Below are positions 19,902 through 33,753 of a stretch of DNA of 64,000 nucleotides, piece after piece; position 1 is the first letter of the stretch, and each line of letters opens with the position of its first letter. Position numbers and translations under genes: made by a program. This stretch comes from the human T2T-CHM13v2.0 reference genome, Homo sapiens. The notes beneath the pieces are model-generated. The model did not search any database, was not told where the DNA came from, and saw nothing but the letters and a program-made list of their open reading frames with translations. The stretch lies in the NCBI RefSeq assembly GCF_009914755.1, contig NC_060925.1; one strand, given 5' to 3'.

Positions 19902-20608
19902 GTAAGTTTTATACTTCATTATAAGGGGAGTTGTGTCTGTTCAGCAAATATACTTGATGATATTTTATTATTGTTTATGAAGGCTGTCTTTTTGTGGCCC
20001 TTTTCTGTAATCTTGCCTTTCTCCTTTTAGAGCTTTTCAGATAAGATACTAGGTATAACACAGTTTGACTTTGTACTGAAAGTAAAAGATACTAAGGAGA
20101 ACAAAAGTAAATATAGATCTGTAAAAACTAGAGCAAACACTGAAGGTTTGACTCATTTTTTTGAGCCTTATTTTATGTTTCTCACAAAAACCAAGTATAT
20201 TTATTGTCTCTTCTTTTCCTGTATAATCTTTTCTGAGTAAGATGCAGTATCTTTTGGAGTATTTTGAGCAGTTTGGCTTTGGTGAATGCTGTTGATTTGA
20301 GGGCCAGTAGTTTTTTTTTTTTTTTTCCCCCAATAGTTTTGTTCTTTCCTACTCCTTTATGGTAGAACAGTAAAACTAAAACTATTTTTTTTAAATTAGG
20401 GGCTTTGTTGTCTACATTATTTAAATTAGTCATTGTGTGTTCTAGTTTAGTTTAAAACCTCTTTTTAATTGCTAAGAAGAATGAAATGCTTTCTTGCTTG
20501 CCTTGGAGAAATCATAATCTATGACATGAAATTTAAACAAAATCTAATTTTCTACTTGGAGGCTTATCCTGTGTTCTTATTTTCTCCTTTAAATGCTTTC
20601 ACCTGTAG

Positions 20609-20626
20609 GATAACTGCACTAGCAAG
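20609..20626 (+). CDS. KIF1B: KIF1B alternative 18-nt microexon (DNCTSK) in loop 12
   Basis: ctgtag|GAT AAC TGC ACT AGC AAG|gtacag; phase 0, frame-preserving; DNCTSK is present in the long KIF1B isoform. Confidence 0.92.
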
Positions 20627-20778
20627 GTACAGTGGGGATTGGTAGAGATAAACTAGAATTGACTTTTATGTTTTAAATCCTCACTAGGATGTATGGAGGC
20701 ATAAGTAGGAATGGAACCTTCAAAAATCTTTTCATCATTTGTTCTCTGGCTCTGGAATTTAGAGTGGCTGTAAATTTA

Positions 20779-21063
<285 letters not shown>

Positions 21064-21473
21064 TTAGGCCTCAAGGATTACATAGTGGAGTGAAAGTTTG
21101 TTCCACTAATCTGAATGACTGAAAGGCTTAATTCTCCCTTGAGGTCTGTGCAATCTAAAATTGAACCTGCTATTGGAAATGACTTTCTGATTGGTGGATT
21201 GTGTGTCTGTGGGTAGAGTGGAATGAGATGATGATGATGTGGACATATTTAATAAGAGATGGAATTAAAATGTTTCTTGCCTACTCCCTTTCCTCCTCCT
21301 CCTCAAAAAAAAAAAAAAAAAAAAAACAAAACCCAACAAACACCACAAGACTAGCCACTAAGAGGCCAGCCATGTAGTACCCTTTTTCTGAATAGAAAAA
21401 GTGCTTGTGCAATAGTAGGATCATCCTTAGTTTAACCTTGGATTATACCAGGACTGAATTATAAAACTGCTGA

Positions 21474-21767
<294 letters not shown>

Positions 21768-22267
21768 TGATCCACCCACCTCGGCCTCCCAAAAGTACTG
21801 GGATTACAGGCATGAGCCACTGTGCCCGGCCTCCCCTTAATATCTTCTTAAAGTGTCACAACGCAGTAGTCAGCCAGCATATATTTGAGTAGCTGTTACC
21901 TGTAAAGCATTTGCATTAATTTTTACTTTTAGAGAATATAATTTTTTTTCATTTAAGCACTGCCTTTTCATTGGTGCTTTTTGCTTTGTCCTGTGGTAAT
22001 AAGAAGGATCATGAAGAAAGCAGAATAAGTAGACTTAATAGAACATTCATCTTTCTAAATTACCAAATCATATCTCTTTCTTAGACCTTTTTACTTTTAG
22101 TCTTTGCTTTAATAATTGGATTATTTTTGGCATAATTTCCTTTCAAAGAGACCAAATAAATATTATTTTACAAGAGTTACTAGATTTGCAACAACCCAAC
22201 CAATGACATGGTGGTTGGCCAAGTAAATTCACTAACTAGATGACTTGCTCCTACACATCCAACCTGG

Positions 22268-22439
22268 AATGCACAAGATTAGTATTTTCCCCTGTGCAAA
22301 AATAAAAATTGAGGATGGGGTATTTGATGATGTTAGGGAATTATTGTTTATTTAATGCACAAGATTAGTATTTTCCCCTGTGCAAAAATAAAAATTGAGG
22401 ATGGGGTATTTGATGATGTTAGGGAATTATTGTTTATTT
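22268..22439 (+). repeat. Perfect 86-bp tandem duplication (two copies)
   Basis: 22268-22353 is identical to 22354-22439 (aatgcacaagattag...ttattgtttattt). Confidence 0.95.
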
Positions 22440-23021
22440 TGGTAAGTGTGATAATGGTCTTGTGGTGTTTTGTTTTGTTTTTAAAAAACATGACCTTTTC
22501 CTTCACAGTAAGAAAAAGGATAAAAAATGATATGGACAGGATATTAGGTAATAGTATTGTGTTGATGTTTAATTTTTTGAATTTGGTCATTGTTTTCTGT
22601 GTAAGAGAATGTTCTTATATGCTGAAGTGTTTAGGGGTAAATGGAGATGAGGTCCGCAACTGACTTCAAAATGGGTCAGGAAAATAAGTTGTAGAAAAGT
22701 GTTTGGGGGATAATTGAAAGATGATTGGCAGAGTATTTTGGTAATGGTTGAAGCTGCACGTTGGGTATGGTAGCTCATTATACTGCTCTCTCAACTGTTG
22801 TGTATATTACACAGTTTTCAAAATAAAATGTAAAATGAAAAAATTACCTTATTGCGTGAGTTTTTGGTTTTGTGAAGAATTGAAACTATGAATGATAAAC
22901 TTCCACAGTGTCGGGGTTGTACTGTAATTTAATTTACTTGGGAATTTTAGACTGATTTGCCTTTCTTGGGAATTTTTTTCCCTAACGAAAAATGCTAAGA
23001 CCATTTCTTTTCCTTTAATAG

Positions 23022-23120
<99 letters not shown>

Positions 23121-23442
23121 TAGTTATCTTTTTAACTTTGATTATCTTTTGTGGTTAATTGTCCTGTGTCTGTTTTGGAGACAAATAATCTCTAGATATT
23201 CATGTTACTACTTGAGTGTTCCTTGCCTGCTTTCATTTTTACTCCTAATTTCAGTTGGTTGGATTCCCTTGGTTTTAAGCCAGGGTATACTCCCATATCT
23301 CATTTTCTTCAGGGCATGAACTGTGCAGTAGTTGTCCTCCCGACTCCCCATACTTGCTTCAGATTATTGCTCTTTCTTCGAAGTTATTTCAAAACTCCAT
23401 GCTTCTCTGAGGTGCACAAAATTAGACATTGCCAACCCTTAA

Positions 23443-23762
<320 letters not shown>

Positions 23763-23900
23763 TGAGACTCCCTCTCAAAAAAAAAATAAAAGAAAGAAAT
23801 TTGACATTACATTAAATCTTAGGATCTGAGATTACAATATCAGATTTGACACATTCCATAAAATTTTTCTTCTAAAATGAGTGTGATTTGATACTCATGA

Positions 23901-24020
<120 letters not shown>

Positions 24021-24567
24021 TAGACCACATTGCCATCAGAAGCCATTTTGTGATACCATGGATGTTTTTATGCTATCTGGGTAGTTATTTATGTAAATAA
24101 TGTTCCTTTCCTCTCATAACAGGGAAAACTTAGGGAAAAAGTGATTTGTATTATAATAGAATTTACCTCTTTATGGTTTTCAGTTTCACTGGGAAAGATA
24201 TGAACTTTTTATTTTTTTATCCCTCATGGATACCTAGATAAGGCAGGAGCTTTTTCATAGGAAAGATTTTTAAATTGCTCAAGTGAGATTTTTGGGTAAC
24301 TTTTAGGTAATAGTGACATTTTCTTATTCATTTCTATAAAAAGAAGTGTCCCCCTTCTTGTAGTGTTTGTCGTTATAGAAATGCTGAAGTCGGCCAGGCG
24401 CAGTGGCCCCCACCTGTAATCCCAGCACTTTGGGTGGCCGAGGTGGGCGGATCACTTGAGGTCAGGAGTTTGAGACCAGCCTGGCCAACATGATGAAACC
24501 CCATCTCTACTAAAAATACAAAAATGAGTCGGGCGTGGTGCCATGCACCTGTAATCCTAGCTACTCA

Positions 24568-24699
<132 letters not shown>

Positions 24700-25578
24700 T
24701 CATAATAAGTAATAAAATTATAGGAATATGTAGCAATATTAAAAAATTACCAACATAGCCAGGTGCAGTGGTGTGCACCTGTAGTCCTAGCTACTTGGAA
24801 AGCTGAGGCAGGAGGATCACTTGAGCACAGGAGTTTGAGGCCAGCCCAGGCAACGTAGTGAGACTCTGTCTCTTAAAAAAAAAAAAAGAAAAAAACAATT
24901 ACCAACAGAATGTTCATAAAAAGTTTTTTTTGTTTGTTAGTTTTTGTTTTTGAGTCTTGCTATGTGGCCCAAGCTGGAGTGCAGTGGCAAGATTGTAGCT
25001 CGCTGCAGCCTCAGACACCTGGGCTCGTGTGATTCTCCTACTTCAGCCTCTCAAGTAGCTAAAACTATAGGTGCATGCCACTAGGCCTGGCTAATTTTTA
25101 AAAATTTCTTGTAGAGATGGGGGGTCTTGTTAGGTTACTCAGGCTGGTTTCAAATTCCTGGCCTCAAGTGATCCTCCCCACTTGGCCTCCTAAAGTGTTG
25201 GGATTACAGGTGTGAGCTGCCTCCCGAGGCCTGTATTTTTTTATGTATGAGTAGGTTTCATTACTTTAGTCTGGAACTCTCTACCCTTCTTCCATGAAAG
25301 ACACTTGATGTAATGGAATAAACACTATACAGTCTCATAAGTTGGGTTTAAGTCCTCTCGCTGTTATTTCCATTGTGATCTTGGGCAAATCACTTAAATT
25401 CATCTGAGCCTTTTTCTTCATCTTTAATAGGTACTATAAAGCTTTATACAAATGTATTATTATCAAGGCTCATAAAATGTAAACACTCAGGATATTTGAT
25501 TTAGAGATAATAGTATGTTACTTATGAGAAGTAGAACATATGAGAAATGACAAGAACAAATTTTCTTTTTGGATCTAG

Positions 25579-25721
25579 ATATGCAGATCGTGCAAAACAA
25601 ATTAAATGCAATGCTGTTATCAATGAGGACCCCAATGCCAAACTGGTTCGTGAATTAAAGGAGGAGGTGACACGGCTGAAGGACCTTCTTCGTGCTCAGG
25701 GCCTGGGAGATATTATTGATA
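25579..25721 (+). CDS. KIF1B: KIF1B exon, end of motor, neck linker and neck coil ([19 protein letters not shown]...GLGDIID)
   Basis: tctag| acceptor, |gtaagt donor, 143 nt, ends in phase 1. Confidence 0.97.
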
Positions 25722-26689
25722 GTAAGTGAATTAAGGATCGTTACAAAATCTAATCCTTTCTTCTTCAGGGTTCTTATTCAGCGTTCTTATATTTAAAATA
25801 AACTTCAAGTTAAGGAGCATGATGAAGCTAAATGGTAGTGAAAATGTTTTGTTTTGTTTTGTTTTCTTTTTCCTTAAAAAACCCAATGGAAATGATCTCT
25901 AGATTCCTTTATGTAATGTGTACCAGACTATCCATTTGAACTCAGGAAATTAGTTTTAAATCGCAAATATGTCACTAGTATTTTTGTTAGAATTCTGTTT
26001 TAGATCAGCAATGAAGTTTATTTGGAACGTTAAACCTGTTATCACTGAGCAATTAATTACTTCATAGAAATGTTATTTGAAATTTTGAGTTTTGTTTCAT
26101 GGGTTGCTCTGGATTAGTGTCGTGGCAGTAATATAAGAAACGCACCATTCAAGCCTACCTTCAGATAAGATTCACCTTTGAATGGCCCCCTCCTCCTGTA
26201 AAATGCTGGAGTGCCCCGTGCTGCCTATGAACATATGAAGGGGAAAAGTTCAATTCCTATGAAGTTCAAGAACTACACTTCCAGAGAGTATTGTTTTACA
26301 ATGTTGTATTAAAATTTATCTTAAAAAATCTCCGTGATGTGCCTATCCAGTGGCTTATTCAGAAGTTCTCTTAAGTGAGTAAAATGGATTCATATAGGAA
26401 TAGAATATGGTAGAATATGGGTTAGTTTAGTAAAGCATTTTTTTTTAGTGTAAAGTTAAACTTATATTCCTTGAAGTTCTAATAAGATTTTCAAGGCCTC
26501 TTCTAGTTTAATTCTTCTTATTGATTAGAGTCCGAGTTTAGATGAATACCGTTTGTAAAAATGATACCGTATTCTAAGTATTAACTTTTCCATCTCCCCA
26601 AATGCCAAAAACTGCTCTGTTCCCTCTCTGTGTCACTGCTGAACCTGAACTTTGACCCTTCTCGTATTTTCCCTCCTGCTTACCTTCAG

Positions 26690-26731
26690 TTGATCCATTG
26701 ATCGATGATTACTCTGGAAGTGGAAGCAAAT
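26690..26731 (+). CDS. KIF1B: KIF1B alternative 42-nt cassette exon (IDPLIDDYSGSGSK) in the neck hinge
   Basis: ccttcag| acceptor, weak |gtgtgt donor; phase 1-1, frame-preserving; matches the long-isoform insert. Confidence 0.9.
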
Positions 26732-29700
26732 GTGTGTATTTCACATATTGGTTATTTCCAGTACTCTGACTTGCTAATCTGCCTCTGCTGGATCAGCCTT
26801 AAAATAAGCTTTGCATGCTGGCAATCCTTACAGGGAAATCCCAGACAGAGCATAGTATAGAATCAGAAATGATCCTATTTTTGCCCTTCTTCATTTAGCA
26901 AACTAATCTTTGCTGAATTTCAGTTTGTGGCTTGAGTGAAGTTGAAAGGCTTAAGAATCTCTTGCTGCTTCTACTCTTCAGTTTTTCCCATTGTGATTCA
27001 ATTAAATCCAAAAATCATAGATGATAGCAACTGACACTTACTGATTTTGCATAATATGCCAGGCCCTATTCTAGGCACCTTGAATATATTGTCCCTTTTA
27101 ATTCTGTTAATGGCTCTGAAAATATTTTATTATGTTCCTTTTACCAATAATCATTTTTAGTCAGCAAAACTATCTATGATTTAAGAGCTCTGTAGATGTT
27201 GGGCTAAGACTCATGAGTGCTTGTGCTAAGTTGCTTTTCTCCATAACTTGGGCCTCGGAATGATTAGATAAACGTTTTTTCCTTTTTTTTTTTTTTTTTT
27301 TTTTTTTAGACAGTCTCACTCTTGTCACCCAAGCTGGAGTGTAATGACATGATCGTGGCCCACTGTAACCTTGAACTCTTGGGCTCAAGTGATCTTTCCA
27401 GCTCAGCCTCCTGAGTATCTGAGACTACAGTTGTTCGCTGCCACACCTGGCTAATTTTTTAATTTTTTATTTGTAGAGGTGAGGGGTCTCGCTGTGTTTC
27501 CCAGGCTGGTCTGGAACCCCTGACCTCAAGCAGTCCTCCTGCCTCGGCCTTCCAAAGTGCTAGGATTATAGATGTCAGCCACCACACCCAACCATTCCTC
27601 TTTTCATAAGTCACAAATTAAAATAACTTAGGTGTCTAAAATGACTCAAACATTTTTAAAGAGTCACATGAACCTCATTATTCTCTCCACATATATCTTA
27701 AGTTGGTGAGGAAATTATTTCTTACCCTTTTAAGGTAATTCATCAAGAAATTGTTATCTTAGAAGAAAAATGTCTTGATTTTGGGGCTAATTTTTAGATT
27801 TGTACTGAGTTATTTCTTTTTTTTTCTTTTTTCTTTTCTTTTTTGAGATGGAGTCTTGCTTTGTCGCTAGGCTGGAGTTCAGTGGCGGAATCTCGGCTCA
27901 CTGCAACTTCCGCTGCCTGGGTTCAAGCGATTTCTCCTGCCTCAGCCTCCCGAGTAGCTGGGACTATAGGTGCGCACCACCACGCCCAGCTTATTTTTAT
28001 ATTTTTAATAGAGATGGGGTTTCATCATGTTGGCCAGGATGGTCTCAATCTCTTGACCTCGTGATCCTCCTGCCTTGGCCTCCCAAAGTGCTGGCATTAC
28101 AGGTGTGAGCCATCAAGCCCAGCCACCTGAGTTGCTTATTTCTACAGTAAGGCATGTAATGAGGCTTGGCAGACAGTGAGAAAATGCATAGGAGAAACCA
28201 AACATAGCCCTGGCTGTGGTTATGAGGTTAGGGCTTAAAGGCACTATAATGTCCTGATACAGAAGTGACTCTTGGACTGCAACAGCTCTGTCTGAGATTT
28301 CCAAAGCTCAACGATACTGGTGTGGAAAAGGTGCCTTCTTCTTTTTGCTTTTGTGCTCAAGGTGTTGCTGCTGCCAGCTTGTTGCCTACCTCTTTTCTTA
28401 GCAGCTGCGGCATTTCCTGAAAGACCATGCATGACTAAGTTTTAATTCTGTATTCCTGAGGGAAAGCAGCCCTGACTCCTTCTCAGTTTCCATTTTGATC
28501 TATTTCTCTTTATTCCTTTTAGGGCTTGCATGTGACCATTGGACCTAAACTCTGTCCATCCTGGTCTTTTCTCCCAATGGCTAATTTTTTGCTCTAATCC
28601 CTATCCCCCTTTTAAAAGATGCCTCTTTGCTTGTTGCCCTATGTTCTGTATTTGCAGATGGTGGTTTTCAAACTGTCTTGAAGCAACCACTGGCTTTAAG
28701 GGAGTTAAAAAACTGGCTTTAATTAAATAGTAGAGATGAGTAAGCCCAGGGAGAACTAATAGTATTTTTTTCCAGCTATGTGTATTGACTCATCTCCTTT
28801 GAGGAAAACTGACTTAGTTTTGATATGAATTTTAGTTTCTCAGGTTTAAAAATAAGCTAATTTTAAAGTTGGATTGCACCAATACTTAAGATTTACCTTT
28901 GGTATCTTTTTGCAAAGGATGACTAATGAAAGAAAGTAATGAAAGAAAGTACAAACAGCAAATTAATTAATTTTGTTGTTTGTGGCTTAATTTTTTTTTC
29001 TTTTACCAATACTGAGTGTAAAAGCAAAATTAACAGTTCTATTAAAGACTTAGTAAATGGAAGTATGTTCCTAAAACTTGCATTTTATACTAGGAAGCAG
29101 GCTTAGCAGTGACCCATGGTTGTACTGTTAGGCTAATTAAGGGCCTTAAATTAGCAAATAATCAGCCTTATTTTTTGCTTGCTCTGACAGAAGAATGGAA
29201 CCTGCACTAAAACTCATTAATCTGCTAATTGTTCTTCCCTGTTGAGGCAATCAATTAGTCCTGAGTTTTTAACCAGGACTTATACAAAATTCCTCTCATT
29301 TCTATAATTACCCCTTTTTTATTTAAGACATATTAAAAATCCTTTTAGCATGTTGAAATGTTGCCATACAAAGCATACTACTCAGTGCACAAATTTTGTT
29401 TTAACTGTAACATTTTCTTGGAAATTTTTGCTGAATTACACGTAACACTGAGCCAGACCAATATGGATTATTATTGATAAATAAATGATCATTGTTTTCC
29501 CTTACTGTTACAAACTACTGGAAAAGTGTAAATCTGAAGACATTGTAGACTAGGAACACTAGAAAGACTAAATGGAAGGTAGTTTGGCTTTTTTAGGGAG
29601 AGTGCCTAAGCAGTATCCTTTGAGGCTCTGGTTTATCCCCCTGCGAGATACAGCGTTAACCTACATTGGAATCTTTTAGTTTGTAAATGCAGAAATGATT

Positions 29701-29912
29701 CTGAACCTGTAGGATACCACTATTAAAGACAGACATGTTTTAGAACTGCCATCTAGAACAGTTGTAACCTGTGTTTGTATTATAGCGTGTCTTGGTCTTG
29801 GCGCTTTAATGCTGTCCTTTCTTACAACGATATTCCTTCCTGTCTTTTTTTCTTCCTCTGCTTCTTTCCCTTTTCCCTACTTTTTCTGCCTTCTCTTCTT
29901 TCTATCTCCCAG

Positions 29913-30124
29913 ATCTGAAAGATTTTCAGAACAATAAGCATAGATACTTGCTAGCCTCTGAGAATCAACGCCCTGGCCATTTTTCCACAGCATCCATGGG
30001 GTCCCTCACTTCATCCCCATCTTCCTGCTCACTCAGTAGTCAGGTGGGCTTGACGTCTGTGACCAGTATTCAAGAGAGGATCATGTCTACACCTGGAGGA
30101 GAGGAAGCTATTGAACGTTTAAAG
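29913..30124 (+). CDS. KIF1B: KIF1B exon with two acceptors: long form from 29913 (LKDFQNNKHRYLLASENQRPGHFST...), short form from 29991 (TSMGSLTSSPSS...EAIERLK)
   Basis: Long pyrimidine tract + cccag| at 29912; ttttccacag| at 29990, 78 nt apart and in frame; |gtaagt donor. Confidence 0.93.
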
Positions 30125-30610
30125 GTAAGTAATAGTTCAGACTGAATACAAGGTATTCTATATAGCTCCACAAGGAAGAACTAGGAGTAAAAATCACTAA
30201 GATTTCGACTCAGCATATGGAGAACTCTTTGACTCTTAGAAGTGTCCTGAAAATTGAATTTTGTGCTTTGTAAGTTAATTTCTTTTCATTAGAATGCCTG
30301 AGTCTGACATGGCCAGGCAGAGTTGGGAGAAGTGCATGGGCAGTTCATAGGCTGGCAAGGCAGAGTAACAGATTAATAGATGTGTACGTTAATTCTGGGA
30401 TAGTACATCAAGTTACAGTGTAATTGTTTTGTTAGAAATTTATTTGGAAACGTGGTTTCATTGAAAGATGGAATTCTGTGTAGAGCCATGCTTCTGTTAA
30501 TAAAGATGAAGTTTGGGCCGGGTGCAGTGGCTCACGCCTGTAATCCCAGCACTTTGGGAGGCCGAGGCGGGGTGGATCACGAGGTCAGGAGATCAAGACC
30601 ATCCTGGCTA

Positions 30611-30856
<246 letters not shown>

Positions 30857-31844
30857 TTATTCAGATAGTTATTAAATTATATCTTCTAGAAGTTCACAGA
30901 AAGCCTTGATGCCCTATGATTACTGTACAGGAAGGTTATCTCCTCCTATGCTGGTACCCATGGGGTCACAGGGCCATAGTGCTGCATGTATGCAGATTAC
31001 TGGCCTATGGCTCCCAGCTTTGCTGTTGGAGGTATTTCCCAGCCCCTTGCTGGCTCTGTCAGGTTCGATCTTATCTCTTTGTATGAATATGAAAGTTAAG
31101 AGCAGCAGAGCCTTCTGACTCATAGCTGCTTCTCTTCCTCCTCAATTAATTCAGTGCACAGACAGTTGTCACCTGCAGTGCTGAAAGCTGTTCAGGAATC
31201 CTGCCACCCATCAGATGACTGTGACAGCATCATCTGCTTTGAAGCAAATATTTTTTCTTTCCCTACTTGTCACCTCCAGGAAGATAGTTTGACCCATACC
31301 TTTTAGCCATTGTGTTCAAGAGTGCTAGGGTAGGGGACACAGGGAGGACAAAAAACACTTTTTAAGAGTCTGAGAAGTTGCAGTCATGCTGCCAGCCAGC
31401 AGTCTTCTTCACAGTCACTTGGTATTCCCCTTGACTGCCATTCATGCAAGGACGATAGAGAACAGTGACACATTGACACATTTAATAGGTAAAAGGCTTG
31501 CCGAAAAACTCTTTAACACTAAAGTGAATTAAGCTTGATAATTGAATATGTCAGATGCTTTCATTTTAATTTTCATGTGAGGCTGAAAAAGATTTTATAT
31601 GAAGAAAGAGGTTCTGCTTTTTCTTTCTTAATCAGCCTACCTTTTCCCTTGACATTTTACTTACTTCAAAAGTACAGTGTGGGCCGGGCATGGTGGCTCA
31701 CACCTGTAAACCCAGTACTTTGGGAGGCTGAGGCAGGAGGATCATTTTAGCTCAGGAGTTTAAGGCTGCAGTGAGCTGTGATTGTACTGCTGCACTCCAG
31801 CCTGAGTGACAGAGCAAGACTCTATCTCAAAAAAACATGCTTTA

Positions 31845-31970
<126 letters not shown>

Positions 31971-32129
31971 CTACTAAAAATACAAAAAAATTAAGCCGGG
32001 CTTAGTGGCTCATGCCTGTAATCCCAGCACTTTGGGAGGCTGAGGCAGGCAGATCACTTAAGGTCAGGAGTTCAAGACCAGCCTGGCCAACATGGTGAAA
32101 CCCCATCTCAACTAAAAATAAGAAAATTA

Positions 32130-32534
<405 letters not shown>

Positions 32535-33630
32535 CTAGCAAAGGGAGAAGGAGTGAGAAATCTTTCCATTAAATGTTGTAGGCTGCAGGGTAACTTTTAC
32601 TGTTGGTAAAATTGACTTTGAAATTTTACTAAAGACCTTAGTGAAGAGGAGTGGTAAGACTCCATTCACACATTTTCTCACAATAGGCGTCAGTGACCAT
32701 GTTGCTTTGCAGGGCTCTTTTCAGAGCCAGAGTGAGAAATAGGGAGCTCCTTGGGAATGAGAAGTAAAACTCCCACTTACTGAGTCCTTAATATAAAATG
32801 TTCTTTTTCTTTGGGGATCTTAAGTCTTAACTATTTGCTTATTAAAGCCTTAGCTCTTACACTTGAGATTACCCTTTCCTTTGACCTTCCTCTTGATGTA
32901 AAGGAGAAATTTCTCCCTAACTGCCAAGTGGGACCAATTGAAAATAATGTCACATGTTAGGAGTCAAGACATTAACCAGACTCTTCAAGATTCGGGTAAC
33001 CCAGTGTCTTCCAAATAATTTCTAGGGAATAACACTGTCATTATTCAGGGAACTCTCCTTCCGACTTCCCTATGTCCCACTAAAGCAAGACAAAACTGTA
33101 TTACTTCAATCAGAAAACAAATTTCTCTGTTTTAATTCTTCCTTACGCCAAAATAAAGAACTCTTCTGTTTTCCCTAGTTTTATTCTAGAAAGAAAACAG
33201 CTTCCTTAGTGTTTTGTGTTGTCTTGAGTTTTTAATGCAGTGTGGTAGTTCACTGAAGCATAAGCACCTTAGTTCTGCTCTTATTTTGTGAATGGTGAGA
33301 ATTTCTTTCGGGCAGACCTGCATTTTAATGCTGCACGCAGATAACATCTTTCATCCGTAGCGCCAGGGCAATGGTTGTGCAGTAGAAATGCTTGAGAATA
33401 TCTAGGAACTGGGTTCCTAAGGCATGGTGCTGCAGGAGAAAAATATTATAATGGAAAACAGCAATAGAGGAGGTTAGTTTATTTTCCTAACATTTTATTT
33501 CCCTTTGTTTCTTTTTGACTTTAAAAAAGGTCAGTTGATTGGATACTGTTTTTACACATGATGTTGCTGTGGCTTTGTTCACTGAATAGCCTTTTTCCAT
33601 ATGTTAGGTACTCATGTCACACCATTGTAA

Positions 33631-33753
<123 letters not shown>

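Noticed and set aside
22268-22439. CRISPR-like or prokaryotic repeat array
   Set aside because: Only two abutting copies with no spacers; the window is human intron/exon sequence
28925-28950. Short tandem duplication taatgaaagaaag x2 (similar 11-14 bp ones near 4170, 41905 and 63112)
   Set aside because: Ordinary slippage events with no sign of function
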